Positions 37,224 through 47,359 of a stretch of DNA of 64,000 nt are shown piece after piece. The position numbers were made by a program, and so were the translations under genes. Each line of letters starts with the position of its first letter. The first letter of the stretch is position 1. This DNA comes from an uncultured Verrucomicrobiota bacterium (GTDB taxonomy: Bacteria > Verrucomicrobiota > Kiritimatiellia > CAIVKH01), in the NCBI GenBank assembly GCA_937996795.1, contig CALKUH010000029.1:6366-70365 (forward strand), written 5' to 3'. Under the pieces are notes generated by a model. It had not been told where the DNA came from. It was given only the letters and a program-made list of their open reading frames with translations, and did not search any database.

Positions 37224-38684
37224 CTACTCCACCGTCTCCATCAGGATCGTGTCGATGAGGCGGCCGCCGACGTCGACTTCGGTGACGGCGACAACGCTGT
37301 TGCCGGCGTGGACGAGGCCGCGTTCCTTGAGGGTCTTGACGGCCCGCTCGAAATTGCTTTCCGGGTTCGCGCCGAATTCGATGAGGAACGGCGTGATGCC
37401 CCAGTGCAGCGTGAGCTGGTTGAGCAATTCCGGGTTGTCCGTGAAGGCGTAGATCGGGGAGTGCAGCGGGCGCAGCCACGCCGCGTTGCGCGCCATCGAG
37501 CCCTTGCGGGTGAAGACAATCAGCGCCTCGGCATTCACTTCCTTCGACAGCACGTAGGCCGATTTCACCATCTTCGCGCCGAGGCTGTCCATGCGCGCCA
37601 TCTCGGCGTAGTTCGCGCCGCCGCTGCGCTCCACGCGCTGCGCGATGCGGTCCATGATCTCGATGCACTTCACGGGATAGCGACCGACGGAGGTTTCGCC
37701 GGACAGCATGATGGCGTCCGTCTGTTCATAGACGGCGTTGGACACATCGGTGATTTCAGCGCGGGTGGGGGACGGATTCTCGATCATCGACTCCAGCATG
37801 TGCGTCGCCACGATCACCGGCTTGCCGCGGATGATGCACTGCTTCACCACGCGGCGCTGGATGATCGGCAGTTCCTCGAACGGACACTCCATGCCGAGGT
37901 CGCCGCGCGCGACCATGATGCCGTCCGCCGCTTCGATGATCGACGCGACGTTGCGGATGCCCTCCTGGTCCTCCAGCTTCGCGATCACGCGCTGCGGCGC
38001 CTTGCGGTACTCGAGAATGGCTTTCAACCGCATCACGTCCGCCGCCTCGCGGCAGAACGACATCGCGATGAAATCCACGCCGAGCTCGATGCCGAGTTCG
38101 ACGTCCTTGATGTCCTTCTCGGTCAGCGCGGGCAGGTTGACGCGCACGCCGGGCAGGTTGATGTGGCGGCGGCTGCCGAGCACGCCCTCGGTCAGCACCT
38201 CGCAGGTGAGCTGGTTGCGGCGCTTCTCCAGCACCTTCAGCTGGATCATGCCGTTGTCCACGACCACGACGTCGCCGACGCGGATGTCGTCCACGAGGTG
38301 GTCATAGTTCACGTCGACGGAATGTTGCTCCTCCGACTTCTCCCCGCGCACCGTCAGCGCGATGCGCTCGCCCGGTTTGAGGTTGAGCGACGTGGGCAGG
38401 TCCCCGGTGCGGATCGCCGGCCCCTGCAGGTCCATCAGGATCCCGACGCGGCGCTGGCAGCGCTCGGCGGCGTCGCGGATGCGCTGCACCGTCTCGCGCG
38501 TGGTCTCCGGCTTCGCGTGGCTCATGTTGATGCGCGCCACGTTGAGGCCCGCGCGGATCAGCGCGTCCAGCATCTCCGGGTTGTCCGTGGCCGGCCCGAG
38601 CGTCGCGATGATCTTGGTCCGGCGCCCGCGCGCCGTGTGCGCCGGCCGGTCGGCCAGCAACTCGGAATTCTCAGAAAGCGTCAT
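37224..38684 (-). CDS. pyk: pyruvate kinase
   Basis: RTKIIATLGPAT, NVARINMSH, IAKLEDQEGIRN, IMVARGDLGME and VIVATHMLESM are present. Confidence 0.92.
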   Translation of the reverse strand: MTLSENSELLADRPAHTARGRRTKIIATLGPATDNPEMLDALIRAGLNVARINMSHAKPETTRETVQRIRDAAERCQRRVGILMDLQGPAIRTGDLPTSLNLKPGERIALTVRGEKSEEQHSVDVNYDHLVDDIRVGDVVVVDNGMIQLKVLEKRRNQLTCEVLTEGVLGSRRHINLPGVRVNLPALTEKDIKDVELGIELGVDFIAMSFCREAADVMRLKAILEYRKAPQRVIAKLEDQEGIRNVASIIEAADGIMVARGDLGMECPFEELPIIQRRVVKQCIIRGKPVIVATHMLESMIENPSPTRAEITDVSNAVYEQTDAIMLSGETSVGRYPVKCIEIMDRIAQRVERSGGANYAEMARMDSLGAKMVKSAYVLSKEVNAEALIVFTRKGSMARNAAWLRPLHSPIYAFTDNPELLNQLTLHWGITPFLIEFGANPESNFERAVKTLKERGLVHAGNSVVAVTEVDVGGRLIDTILMETVE

Positions 38685-38779
38685 GCGTAGTCCCCCAAAA
38701 CAGCCGGAGCATACGCAGGCGCTGGCGACCGCGCAACCGCGACATCGTCATGAACAGATTAAGCCGGCGGGGGGCGGGC

Positions 38780-39874
38780 TCAGAGGCCGCCGATGAATTT
38801 GCCGTCTTTTTGCAGGAGCTTGCCGTCCACGTACACCGCGCCGCCCTGGCGCAGGTCCTTGATCATGTCCCAGTGCAGGCCAGACTTGTTCTTGCCGCCG
38901 GTTTCCGCGTAGGACTCGCCGAGCGCGAGGTGGATCGAGCCGCCGATCTTCTCGTCGAACAGGATGTTCTTGATGAAGCGCTGGATGTCGTAGTTCGTGC
39001 CGATGCCCAGTTCGCCGAGGCGCCGCGCGCCGGGGTCCATGTCGAGCATCTTGAGCAGGTAGTCCTGGTTCTTCGTCGCCGTGGCCTCGACCACGAGGCC
39101 CTTGCGGAACACGAGGCGGATGCCGTCGATTTCGCGCCCGCCCTCGCACACCGGGAAGTCGTAGCGGATATGGCCCTCCGCCGAGTCCTCGATCGGGCCG
39201 GTGAAGATTTCGCCGCTCGGTACGTTGTGCGTCGCGACGGACGGGATGAACGTCCGCCCCTTGATCGACATGCGCAGGTCGGTGTCCGGCCCGACGATGC
39301 GGACTTCATCCGCGCCGCGCAGCCGCGCGATGAGCTTCTTCTGCTTGCGCTCCTCCGCCTGCCACGCCTTCACCGGGTCGTCGAGGTGCAGCAGGTTCGC
39401 GCGGAACACGAAGTCGGAAAATTCCGCGAGGCTCATCTCCGCGTCCTGCGCGTACGACTCGGTAGGGAACAGCGTCAGCGCCCATTTTTTCGCGAGCAGG
39501 ATGCGGCGCACCGGGCGGCGCGCCTTCGCGAAGCGCGCCATGAGCATCGGGTCGATCGACGACAGCGCGCGCGTGTTCGAGCTGCCCATGATGCGCACCG
39601 TGCCGTCCACCGCCTTCGCGTAGGCCAGTTCAAACTTCGGGATGGAATCAAAGTGCAGCGGCTGGCCCTGCTTGAAAAACGCCTCCGTGAGGCCGACCGG
39701 CGTCATGCGGATCACCGGGTACGCGCCCGCGCGCAGCAGCTCCTCATACAGATCCTGGATCAGCGCAGCCGCCGTGTCGGGGCCCTCGACGCCGATCGTC
39801 TCGCCCTTCTTCGCGTAAATCGAGTAATGGGCCAGCAGTTGGGCAAATTTGCGGATGCGCGGGTCTTGGATCAT
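38780..39874 (-). CDS. aminopeptidase, M29 (AmpS/PepS) family
   Basis: Its length and motifs (NVPSGEIFTGP, GELGIGTN, HLALGESY) are typical of thermophilic-metalloprotease M29 aminopeptidases. Confidence 0.78.
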   Translation of the reverse strand: MIQDPRIRKFAQLLAHYSIYAKKGETIGVEGPDTAAALIQDLYEELLRAGAYPVIRMTPVGLTEAFFKQGQPLHFDSIPKFELAYAKAVDGTVRIMGSSNTRALSSIDPMLMARFAKARRPVRRILLAKKWALTLFPTESYAQDAEMSLAEFSDFVFRANLLHLDDPVKAWQAEERKQKKLIARLRGADEVRIVGPDTDLRMSIKGRTFIPSVATHNVPSGEIFTGPIEDSAEGHIRYDFPVCEGGREIDGIRLVFRKGLVVEATATKNQDYLLKMLDMDPGARRLGELGIGTNYDIQRFIKNILFDEKIGGSIHLALGESYAETGGKNKSGLHWDMIKDLRQGGAVYVDGKLLQKDGKFIGGL

Positions 39875-39949
39875 GATGCGGTCACTCCTTGCGTGCGCCT
39901 ACGATACAGGCCCGCCCGGAAAATTCCACCTTTCGCTGCGGCCCGGCTT

Positions 39950-39997
39950 GCAACGTCTGCAAAATCTTTTTTGCGGACCTGCAACGTCTGTAAAAAC
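39950..39997 (+). repeat. second pair of CAACGTCTGYAAAA motifs (variant B then variant A)
   Basis: GCAACGTCTGCAAAATCTTTTTTGC lies at 39950-39974 and GCAACGTCTGTAAAAAC at 39981-39997. The pair sits in the spacer between two minus-strand genes. Confidence 0.55.
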
Positions 39998-40002
39998 ACG
40001 GT

Positions 40003-40833
40003 TCAGATCAGCCGGACTTTGGGCTTGGGGGGCGGGGATGCGGTGGGAGCGGGGGGCGGGATGGGGGCGCCGGCGGATCGCAGCAGGATGTAGCGCTCGT
40101 TGAGGTCGCGGAAGGAGCGGGTGAGCGCGGCATGGTCGGCTTCGGCGTCCTTGAGCTGTTGCATGAGGCGCGCGATTTCGACGAGCGCCGCATCGTGTGC
40201 GGCCTGCAGCGTCTCCAGCTCCGCGGGTTTCTCTTGCGCCGGCGTTTCCGGCGGGCGCTTCGCCTCCGCGAGCTCCTCCTCGAGTTCGCGCACGCGGGCG
40301 AGCAGGCGGTCGTTGCGCATGCTCAAATCGAGAAATTCTTTTTCGCGGATTGCGCTCAACGGGGCGGAAGGCGAGGGCGTAGCCGGTTTCGGTTCCGGGG
40401 CTGGAGCGGGCGTCGGCGCCGCGGGTTGGGGCTCCGGCGCCGCGCGCACGAGCGGACCCGCGGCTTGCAGTTCCTCATAGGCGGCGCGCGCGGCGTCGAG
40501 TTGCTTGAGCAGTTCCGGGAGCAGGACGGCGGCGAGCGTGCGGCGCTCGCCGGTTGCGCGATGAACGAGGGGCTCGTCGCCCGTGAGTACGCGGTCGCGT
40601 ATCAGTTCGAGAAAGGCGAGCAGATGCAGGGGGCCCAGCGCCTTGTCGCCGGGCAGTTGCGCGATCCAATCGAGACCGAGTCCGGCCACGTCAATCGCGG
40701 GCCGCCAGGGGCCGTCCGCCTCCGCCACTTCATCGCCGGGGAAAACGCGGCCTTCCGCGGCCCAGCGAAGTAAATCGTTCCACTCCGCGGGCCCGTAGAG
40801 GGTTTGGTCAGCTTTGCGGAGGCGCCACGACAT
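40003..40833 (-). CDS. GYF_2 (DUF4339)-like domain protein with coiled-coil and Pro-rich tail
   Basis: The N-terminal YGPAEWNDLLRWAAEGRVFPGDEV..DGPWRPA is GYF_2-like. The central region is heptad-like (LLARVRELEEELAEAKR), and the C-terminus is PPPAPTASPPPKP. Confidence 0.45.
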   Translation of the reverse strand: MSWRLRKADQTLYGPAEWNDLLRWAAEGRVFPGDEVAEADGPWRPAIDVAGLGLDWIAQLPGDKALGPLHLLAFLELIRDRVLTGDEPLVHRATGERRTLAAVLLPELLKQLDAARAAYEELQAAGPLVRAAPEPQPAAPTPAPAPEPKPATPSPSAPLSAIREKEFLDLSMRNDRLLARVRELEEELAEAKRPPETPAQEKPAELETLQAAHDAALVEIARLMQQLKDAEADHAALTRSFRDLNERYILLRSAGAPIPPPAPTASPPPKPKVRLI

Positions 40834-40842
40834 GAAGAGGCC

Positions 40843-41439
40843 TCACGGCGCGGGGATGAAGAGTTTCTGGCCGACGCGGAGGGCGTTGGGATTGGTCAGG
40901 TTGTTCGCGTCGATGATGGATTTCGAACTGACGTTGTAGGCCGAGGCGATGGCGGACAGCGTCTGGCCGGCCTCGACAACGTGCTCGTAGCCTTCCTGAG
41001 GTCCCGAGGGGCGCGGGCGCGATGTGGACGCGGACGCGGCGGGGCGTGGTTTGCTGGAGGCGCCGACCACTTGCGAGATGCGCGTCGTGAGGGTGTCGAT
41101 CATTTCCTTGCGGTCGCGTTCGCGCGCGGCGTCGAGCGCGCGCAGCTGCGATTCGAGCGAGGCGATGCGCTGTTGCAGGGTCTGCACGTCGGACATCGTC
41201 GCGCCGCCGGGCGCGGCGCGGAGCGCCTCCAGGCTGCGGCTGAGGCGTTCGATTTCGAGGTCGTAGCCTTCGAGCCGTCCGCGCAGGCGGCTGTTCTCCT
41301 CCTGCAGGAGGCGCATGTCTTCGCGCAGCGCGGCTTCGGTCTGCTGCACGCCATAGGTGGCGAAGCAGCCGGTCAGCAACGGCGTCGCCAGCACGGCCGC
41401 CAGCGCCGCCGGGCGAAGAAGATGTTTTGCACAACGCAT
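40843..41439 (-). CDS. LysM-domain lipoprotein with coiled-coil
   Basis: Lipobox LLTGC. A coiled-coil is present (LQEENSRLRGRLEGYDLEIERL...). The C-terminal LysM is HVVEAGQTLSAIASAYNVSSKSIIDANNLTNPNALRVGQKLFIP. Confidence 0.65.
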   Translation of the reverse strand: MRCAKHLLRPAALAAVLATPLLTGCFATYGVQQTEAALREDMRLLQEENSRLRGRLEGYDLEIERLSRSLEALRAAPGGATMSDVQTLQQRIASLESQLRALDAARERDRKEMIDTLTTRISQVVGASSKPRPAASASTSRPRPSGPQEGYEHVVEAGQTLSAIASAYNVSSKSIIDANNLTNPNALRVGQKLFIPAP

Positions 41440-41540
41440 GACCAAATCTGCATAATCCATGCGCCCGGGGTTCTCAAGCAAATTGAGGCGGGAAGAGGGC
41501 GAGTAGCGAGGAGCGGGTAGCGTATAGCGAGGAGGAGCTT

Positions 41541-42857
41541 ATGGGGCGCGAGTTGTTGATCAAGAATGCGCGGGTCTGGCCGGCGGCGGGGCAGCCGGTG
41601 ATTGAAAAAGGATCCGTGCTCGTGCGCGACGGGCGTATTGCGAAGGTCGGGCGCTTTTCCGCGCGGGCCGACGAGGTGGTGGATGCGGACGGCCAGTTGC
41701 TGATGCCGGGCCTGATCCAGGGCCACATCCATTTGTGCCAGACGATCTTCCGCGGCGCGGGGGAGGACATGCCGCTGCTGCCGTGGCTGCGCAATGTGAT
41801 CTGGCCGCTGGAGGCGGCGCACGACGAGGAGTCCATCCGCGCCTCCGCGCTGCTCGCCTGCGCCGAGATGATCCGCGGCGGCACGACGGCGTTCCTGTCG
41901 ATCGAGACCGTCCGCCACACCGAGCACGCGTTCCGCGCGGTGCACGACGCGGGGTTGATGGGGGTGATCGGCCACTGCCTGATGGACATGACCGGCGGCT
42001 ACCGCCCGTTGTCGGTGGAGATCGACGACGCGCTCGCGGACCTCGACGTCCTGCAGGAGCGCTGGGGCGAACACCCGCGCCTGCGCGTCGGCGTCGCGCC
42101 GCGTTTTGCGTTGAGCTGCTCCGGAAAAAACATGCGGAAGGCGGCTGACTACGCGCGCGAGCACGGCCTGCTGCTGCACACGCACTCGTCGGAGCAGGTC
42201 GCGGAGGTGGAACTCGTGCGCGAGCGCACGGGCAAATACAACATCGACTACCTGCACTCCGTCGGCCTGTCGGGACCCGATGTCTGCCTCGCGCACTGCG
42301 TCCACACGCAGCCGGAGGAGCGCGAGCTGTTGCGGGAGACGGGGACCAAGGTGCTGCACTGCCCGTCGGCGAACTTCAAACTCGCGTCCGGCATCGCGCC
42401 GATCCCGGAATACCTGAAGATGGGCATCACCGTGTCCATCGGCGCGGACGGCACGCCGTGCAACAACCGGCTCGACCAGTTCATGGAGATGCGCGAAGCC
42501 GGGCTGATGCAGAAGATCCGCCTCGGCGCCGAGGCGCTGCCCGCGCGCGATGTGGTGATGATGGCGACCGAGGGCGGCGCAAAGACGCTGGGCTGGGAAA
42601 AGGAAATGGGCACGCTCGAGGTGGGCAAGCGCGCGAACATGATCATCGTCAACCAGGACAGCGTGCACACGATCCCCTCCACGGACCCCGCGACGAACGT
42701 CGTCTATTCCAACAACGCGTGCGACGTGCTGATGACGATCGTGGACGGCAGGATCCTGTACGAGGACGGCCAGCTCACAACGATCGACGAGGACAATTTG
42801 CGCGCCGACGTCCGCCGTCACCGAGCGAAGCTGATGAAGCGCGCGGGGCTCGGGTAG
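41541..42857 (+). CDS. amidohydrolase, MtaD/SsnA-type nucleoside/aminopurine deaminase family
   Basis: PGLIQGHIHLCQTIFRGAGEDMPLLPWL, LHTHSSE, LAHCVH and VSIGADG show the metal-binding H-x-H...H...H...D pattern of the chlorohydrolase/MTA-SAH deaminase family. Confidence 0.72.
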   Translation: MGRELLIKNARVWPAAGQPVIEKGSVLVRDGRIAKVGRFSARADEVVDADGQLLMPGLIQGHIHLCQTIFRGAGEDMPLLPWLRNVIWPLEAAHDEESIRASALLACAEMIRGGTTAFLSIETVRHTEHAFRAVHDAGLMGVIGHCLMDMTGGYRPLSVEIDDALADLDVLQERWGEHPRLRVGVAPRFALSCSGKNMRKAADYAREHGLLLHTHSSEQVAEVELVRERTGKYNIDYLHSVGLSGPDVCLAHCVHTQPEERELLRETGTKVLHCPSANFKLASGIAPIPEYLKMGITVSIGADGTPCNNRLDQFMEMREAGLMQKIRLGAEALPARDVVMMATEGGAKTLGWEKEMGTLEVGKRANMIIVNQDSVHTIPSTDPATNVVYSNNACDVLMTIVDGRILYEDGQLTTIDEDNLRADVRRHRAKLMKRAGLG

Positions 42858-42898
42858 AGCGGCAAGGGCCTGCCGCCCTCCACGCACAAGTGGCCACC

Positions 42899-43396
42899 TC
42901 AGGATGCGTCCGGCGCGGGCGGGGCGTAGACGATTTCCTCCGGAAGCAGGGCGACGAAGTCGGCCTCGAAATGCGCGGCGGGTTCGTTCTTTTCAAGGAG
43001 GGTGGCGAGCATCGCGAGGCGCGCCTTGCCCTTCTCGCGCAGCGAGCGGGCGAAGGCGGGCCAGTCGTCGGGATCGAACAGGATCGCGCGCGCGATCAGC
43101 GGGCCGGTGACGGGGCGCTGGTAGTCCATCGTGTGCCGCCGGATGACGAGGTGGTGCGCGATGCGTTCCTGTTTCAGGCGCGCGTGGATCAAGGACCACG
43201 CGGCGAGGATCGCCAGCGTGGACAGGCTGCCGCCGAAGGCGGTGCCCTGGTGGTTGCGGTTCGTCGCCAGCGGCGCGCGCAGGACGACGCGCTCGGGTAC
43301 GACCTCCATCACCTTCACGCGCATCGCCTTTGACACGGGAATGTGCCGGTGCAGGTAGCGCTCCAGCGCGAGCGCTGCGCGGGGCTTCGTCTTCAT
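42899..43396 (-). CDS. YiiD_C-type hotdog thioesterase domain protein
   Basis: LERYLHRHIPVSKAMRVKV...APLATNRNHQGTAFGGSLSTLAILAAW resembles the putative thioesterase DUF4442/YiiD_C pattern. Confidence 0.55.
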   Translation of the reverse strand: MKTKPRAALALERYLHRHIPVSKAMRVKVMEVVPERVVLRAPLATNRNHQGTAFGGSLSTLAILAAWSLIHARLKQERIAHHLVIRRHTMDYQRPVTGPLIARAILFDPDDWPAFARSLREKGKARLAMLATLLEKNEPAAHFEADFVALLPEEIVYAPPAPDAS

Positions 43397-43455
43397 GGTG
43401 TGCACAGGCCGGCGATGGCTTGGGGCATGGAACCGATCGCCCGGAGGAGACCGGA

Positions 43456-43881
43456 TCAGCGGGCCGCCGACCAGGTCCCTTCGGCGGAGCCGCCGACGGT
43501 GACGGTCCAGGTGCCGCTGATCGTTGCGCCGTCGCCGGCGGTTTCGCCGAACCAATCCACCACGAGGCCGCCTTGCGTCATCACCGTGGTGAACTCGATG
43601 TTGTCGCCATCCACACTGCCGGAGATGACGCCGTTGCCGATGCTGCTGTCGGTGTACGACCCGCCCAGCATGGCGCCGTTTTGGCTGAAGTTGAAGGTGA
43701 CGTTCGCCGAGCCGTTCGTGTTGCTGCGGGTTCCCGTGTACACGCCGTCGACGTTGACGGAGGCGACGGGCGCCCCGCCGCTGTCATTATCGTCGTCGTC
43801 ATCGCTGGAACTGCACGCGACGAGACCGAGTGAAGCCACCAACGCAGTGCAAACCATCCAACGCATCGAGCGACGCATCAT
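43456..43881 (-). CDS. small lipoprotein of unknown function
   Basis: A signal peptide and lipobox (LGLVACSSSDDDDDND) are followed by a beta-rich Gly/Thr/Ser sequence. I recognise no family. Confidence 0.45.
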   Translation of the reverse strand: MMRRSMRWMVCTALVASLGLVACSSSDDDDDNDSGGAPVASVNVDGVYTGTRSNTNGSANVTFNFSQNGAMLGGSYTDSSIGNGVISGSVDGDNIEFTTVMTQGGLVVDWFGETAGDGATISGTWTVTVGGSAEGTWSAAR

Positions 43882-43982
43882 CGGAACCTCCGGTCGAATT
43901 GCGAAAGAGTGTATCAGGGTGCGCCGCGGGGGTGAAGATTTTCTCTTGATGCGGCGCGCGTTGTCCTCATCCTGTCGCCCGC

Positions 43983-44527
43983 ATGGAAACACAGGTCCCG
44001 AAACTCAGCGGTTGGTGCCGGGCGATCGACGCCGTGAATGCGTGGCTGGGGCGCGCGGTCAGCGTGCTGGTCGTGGCGGTCACGCTGATCGGCGCGGCCA
44101 ATGCCGTGCTCCGCTACCTGGGCCGCTTTGCGGGCCAATCGCTCAGCTCCAACGCATGGCTTGAGTTCCAATGGTACCTGTTCGCGCTGGTCTTCCTCCT
44201 GGGCGCCGCGGTGACGCTGCGCGATGACGCGCATGTGCGGGTGGACGTGTTCCTGCACCGGCTTTCGCCGCGCGGCCGGGCCTGGGTCAACCTGCTCGGC
44301 ACGCTGCTGTTCCTCATTCCGTTCTGCGTGATGATGCTCTGGGTGTCGTGGAATCCGGTGTGGAATTCCTGGTCGATCCGCGAAGGGTCGCCCGATCCCG
44401 GCGGCCTGCCGCGCTGGCCCATCAAGGCCATGATCCCGGTCGCGTTCCTGCTGTTGATGGCGCAGGGCCTCGTCACGGCGGCGCGCGCGTGGGCCGTGGT
44501 GCGCGACCCGAACGCCAGGGGCGCCTC

Positions 44528-44531
<4 letters not shown>
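43983..44531 (+). CDS. dctQ: TRAP transporter small permease subunit
   Basis: It has four TM helices, is about 180 aa, and lies directly upstream of dctM with its stop overlapping the dctM start. Confidence 0.75.
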
Positions 44532-45847
<1,316 letters not shown>

Positions 45848-45851
45848 GTCG

Positions 45852-45965
45852 TTTCGCAGACCTCAGGGCCGATCCCGAATCTCCCCATCTGCGAAATCTG
45901 CGGTGGTCCGGAATGGAGCCGCAGCTATCCCGGATCCCATTCGCGCTAATTCGCGGAATTCGCGG
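45852..45965. repeat. two further REP-like elements downstream of dctM
   Basis: A 9-bp inverted repeat is present: TTTCGCAGA (45852-45860) and TCTGCGAAA (45888-45896). A direct-repeat unit CCCATTCGCGCTAATTCGCGGAATTCGCGG lies at 45936-45965. Confidence 0.45.
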
Positions 45966-46004
45966 AGAAAAATCCGGATGGCGCGCCCGCGGATTTCGAC
46001 ACGG

Positions 46005-47288
46005 TCAGGGAAGCGCGCCCTCGGCGCCGAGTTCCAGCAGCTTCGCGTGCAGTTGCGCCGCGATGAACTTCAGGCCGGGTTGTTCGAAGTGGATGCCGTC
46101 CCCGGAAAACATCGCATCGTATTTCGGGTCCGCCATGAGCTCCGCGAGGTCGAGCAGGGGCGTGCCGGTTTCCGCGGCGACCTTGCGCGTGAGGTCCAGG
46201 TATTCCGCGTGCACGCGGTGGACTTCCTCCACGCTGCGCGCGTGGCCGGAGCGCACCACCGCCTCCGTGAGGTCGCGGCGCGGCGCGGTGATCAGCACCG
46301 GCACGGCGCCGATGCCGCGAATTTCGCGCACGAATTCCTTCAGGGTGGCTTCATACACCGGATGGGGGACGCGGTACGTGCGATGATCCGCACCCGTCTC
46401 GACGCTGCCCTTCGGGCGCACGCTGCGCGTCATCGCGCCATAGAAGCGTTTCTTTTGCAGCCCGCTCATCACCGCCGCGCGGAGCGGGCTCACGCGCACC
46501 GCCATGCGGAGGTGATCCGGTTTGTCGTAGAGCCAGTGGTCGTTCCACCCGTAGTAGAGCGTCACGACATCCGGCTGCAGGTGGCGCACGACGTTCTGGA
46601 ACTGGCGCAGGCCCTGCATGGAGGAGTAGCCGAAGACGCCGGTGTTGAAGGCGTGCCACGGCTCATCGGTCGGCCCCTGCTGTTGCAAGAGGCGGTTCAG
46701 TTCCGTGCTGTACGGCGGACGGCCCTGCGCGGTGCAGGAGTCGCCCATCACGATCACGCGGCGCGTGCCGTCCGGTTTTTGCGCGGGAAATTCGTCGTCG
46801 CGGAACCCCAGGGCATTGATGCGGATGCCGTCCCATCCCTTGCCCGGCGCGAAGCGCCAGAGCAGCTCGGGGTCGAGGATGACCTTGCTGTCGCCCTCCT
46901 TCGCTTTGGTGTCGATGTCCTCCTCGCCGCGGATCACGATCGGCGACGAGGCGCCGGGTTGCACGCGGGCCAGCGCCAGCGCGCCCTCGATGCCCATGAA
47001 GAAGCCCCAGGTCACGAGCCACGATGCGGTGAGTTTCTTTATCACGCTGAACTGGTAGAGCCCGCTCCCGCGCGTCGCGCCGCGGGCCAGCGCCAGCCGC
47101 GCCGCCAGCAGCAGCGCGGGGACCAGCACCGGCTTCCACCCCCAGCTGACCGTCGTGTTCAACGGACCCCACGTGAGGCGGAGCGGATCGAACAGCCACG
47201 CCAGCGGCAACGCGACCACACCCGCGAACAGCAGGACGTCCAGCAGGGCAATCAGCGCGCGCTGCACGGCAGACGAAGAGGCATCCAT
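46005..47288 (-). CDS. membrane-anchored SGNH/GDSL-family hydrolase
   Basis: N-terminal TM helices are present. RRVIVMGDSCTAQG is the block I GDS motif. LYYGWND and DGIHF are blocks III and V. Confidence 0.6.
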   Translation of the reverse strand: MDASSSAVQRALIALLDVLLFAGVVALPLAWLFDPLRLTWGPLNTTVSWGWKPVLVPALLLAARLALARGATRGSGLYQFSVIKKLTASWLVTWGFFMGIEGALALARVQPGASSPIVIRGEEDIDTKAKEGDSKVILDPELLWRFAPGKGWDGIRINALGFRDDEFPAQKPDGTRRVIVMGDSCTAQGRPPYSTELNRLLQQQGPTDEPWHAFNTGVFGYSSMQGLRQFQNVVRHLQPDVVTLYYGWNDHWLYDKPDHLRMAVRVSPLRAAVMSGLQKKRFYGAMTRSVRPKGSVETGADHRTYRVPHPVYEATLKEFVREIRGIGAVPVLITAPRRDLTEAVVRSGHARSVEEVHRVHAEYLDLTRKVAAETGTPLLDLAELMADPKYDAMFSGDGIHFEQPGLKFIAAQLHAKLLELGAEGALP

Positions 47289-47359
47289 GCGCCGGACAAT
47301 GAGTTTTTATGCGGAAAACTCAAGCCGGTTTTTGCGGGATTCCAGAGGGTGTCGTCCGC

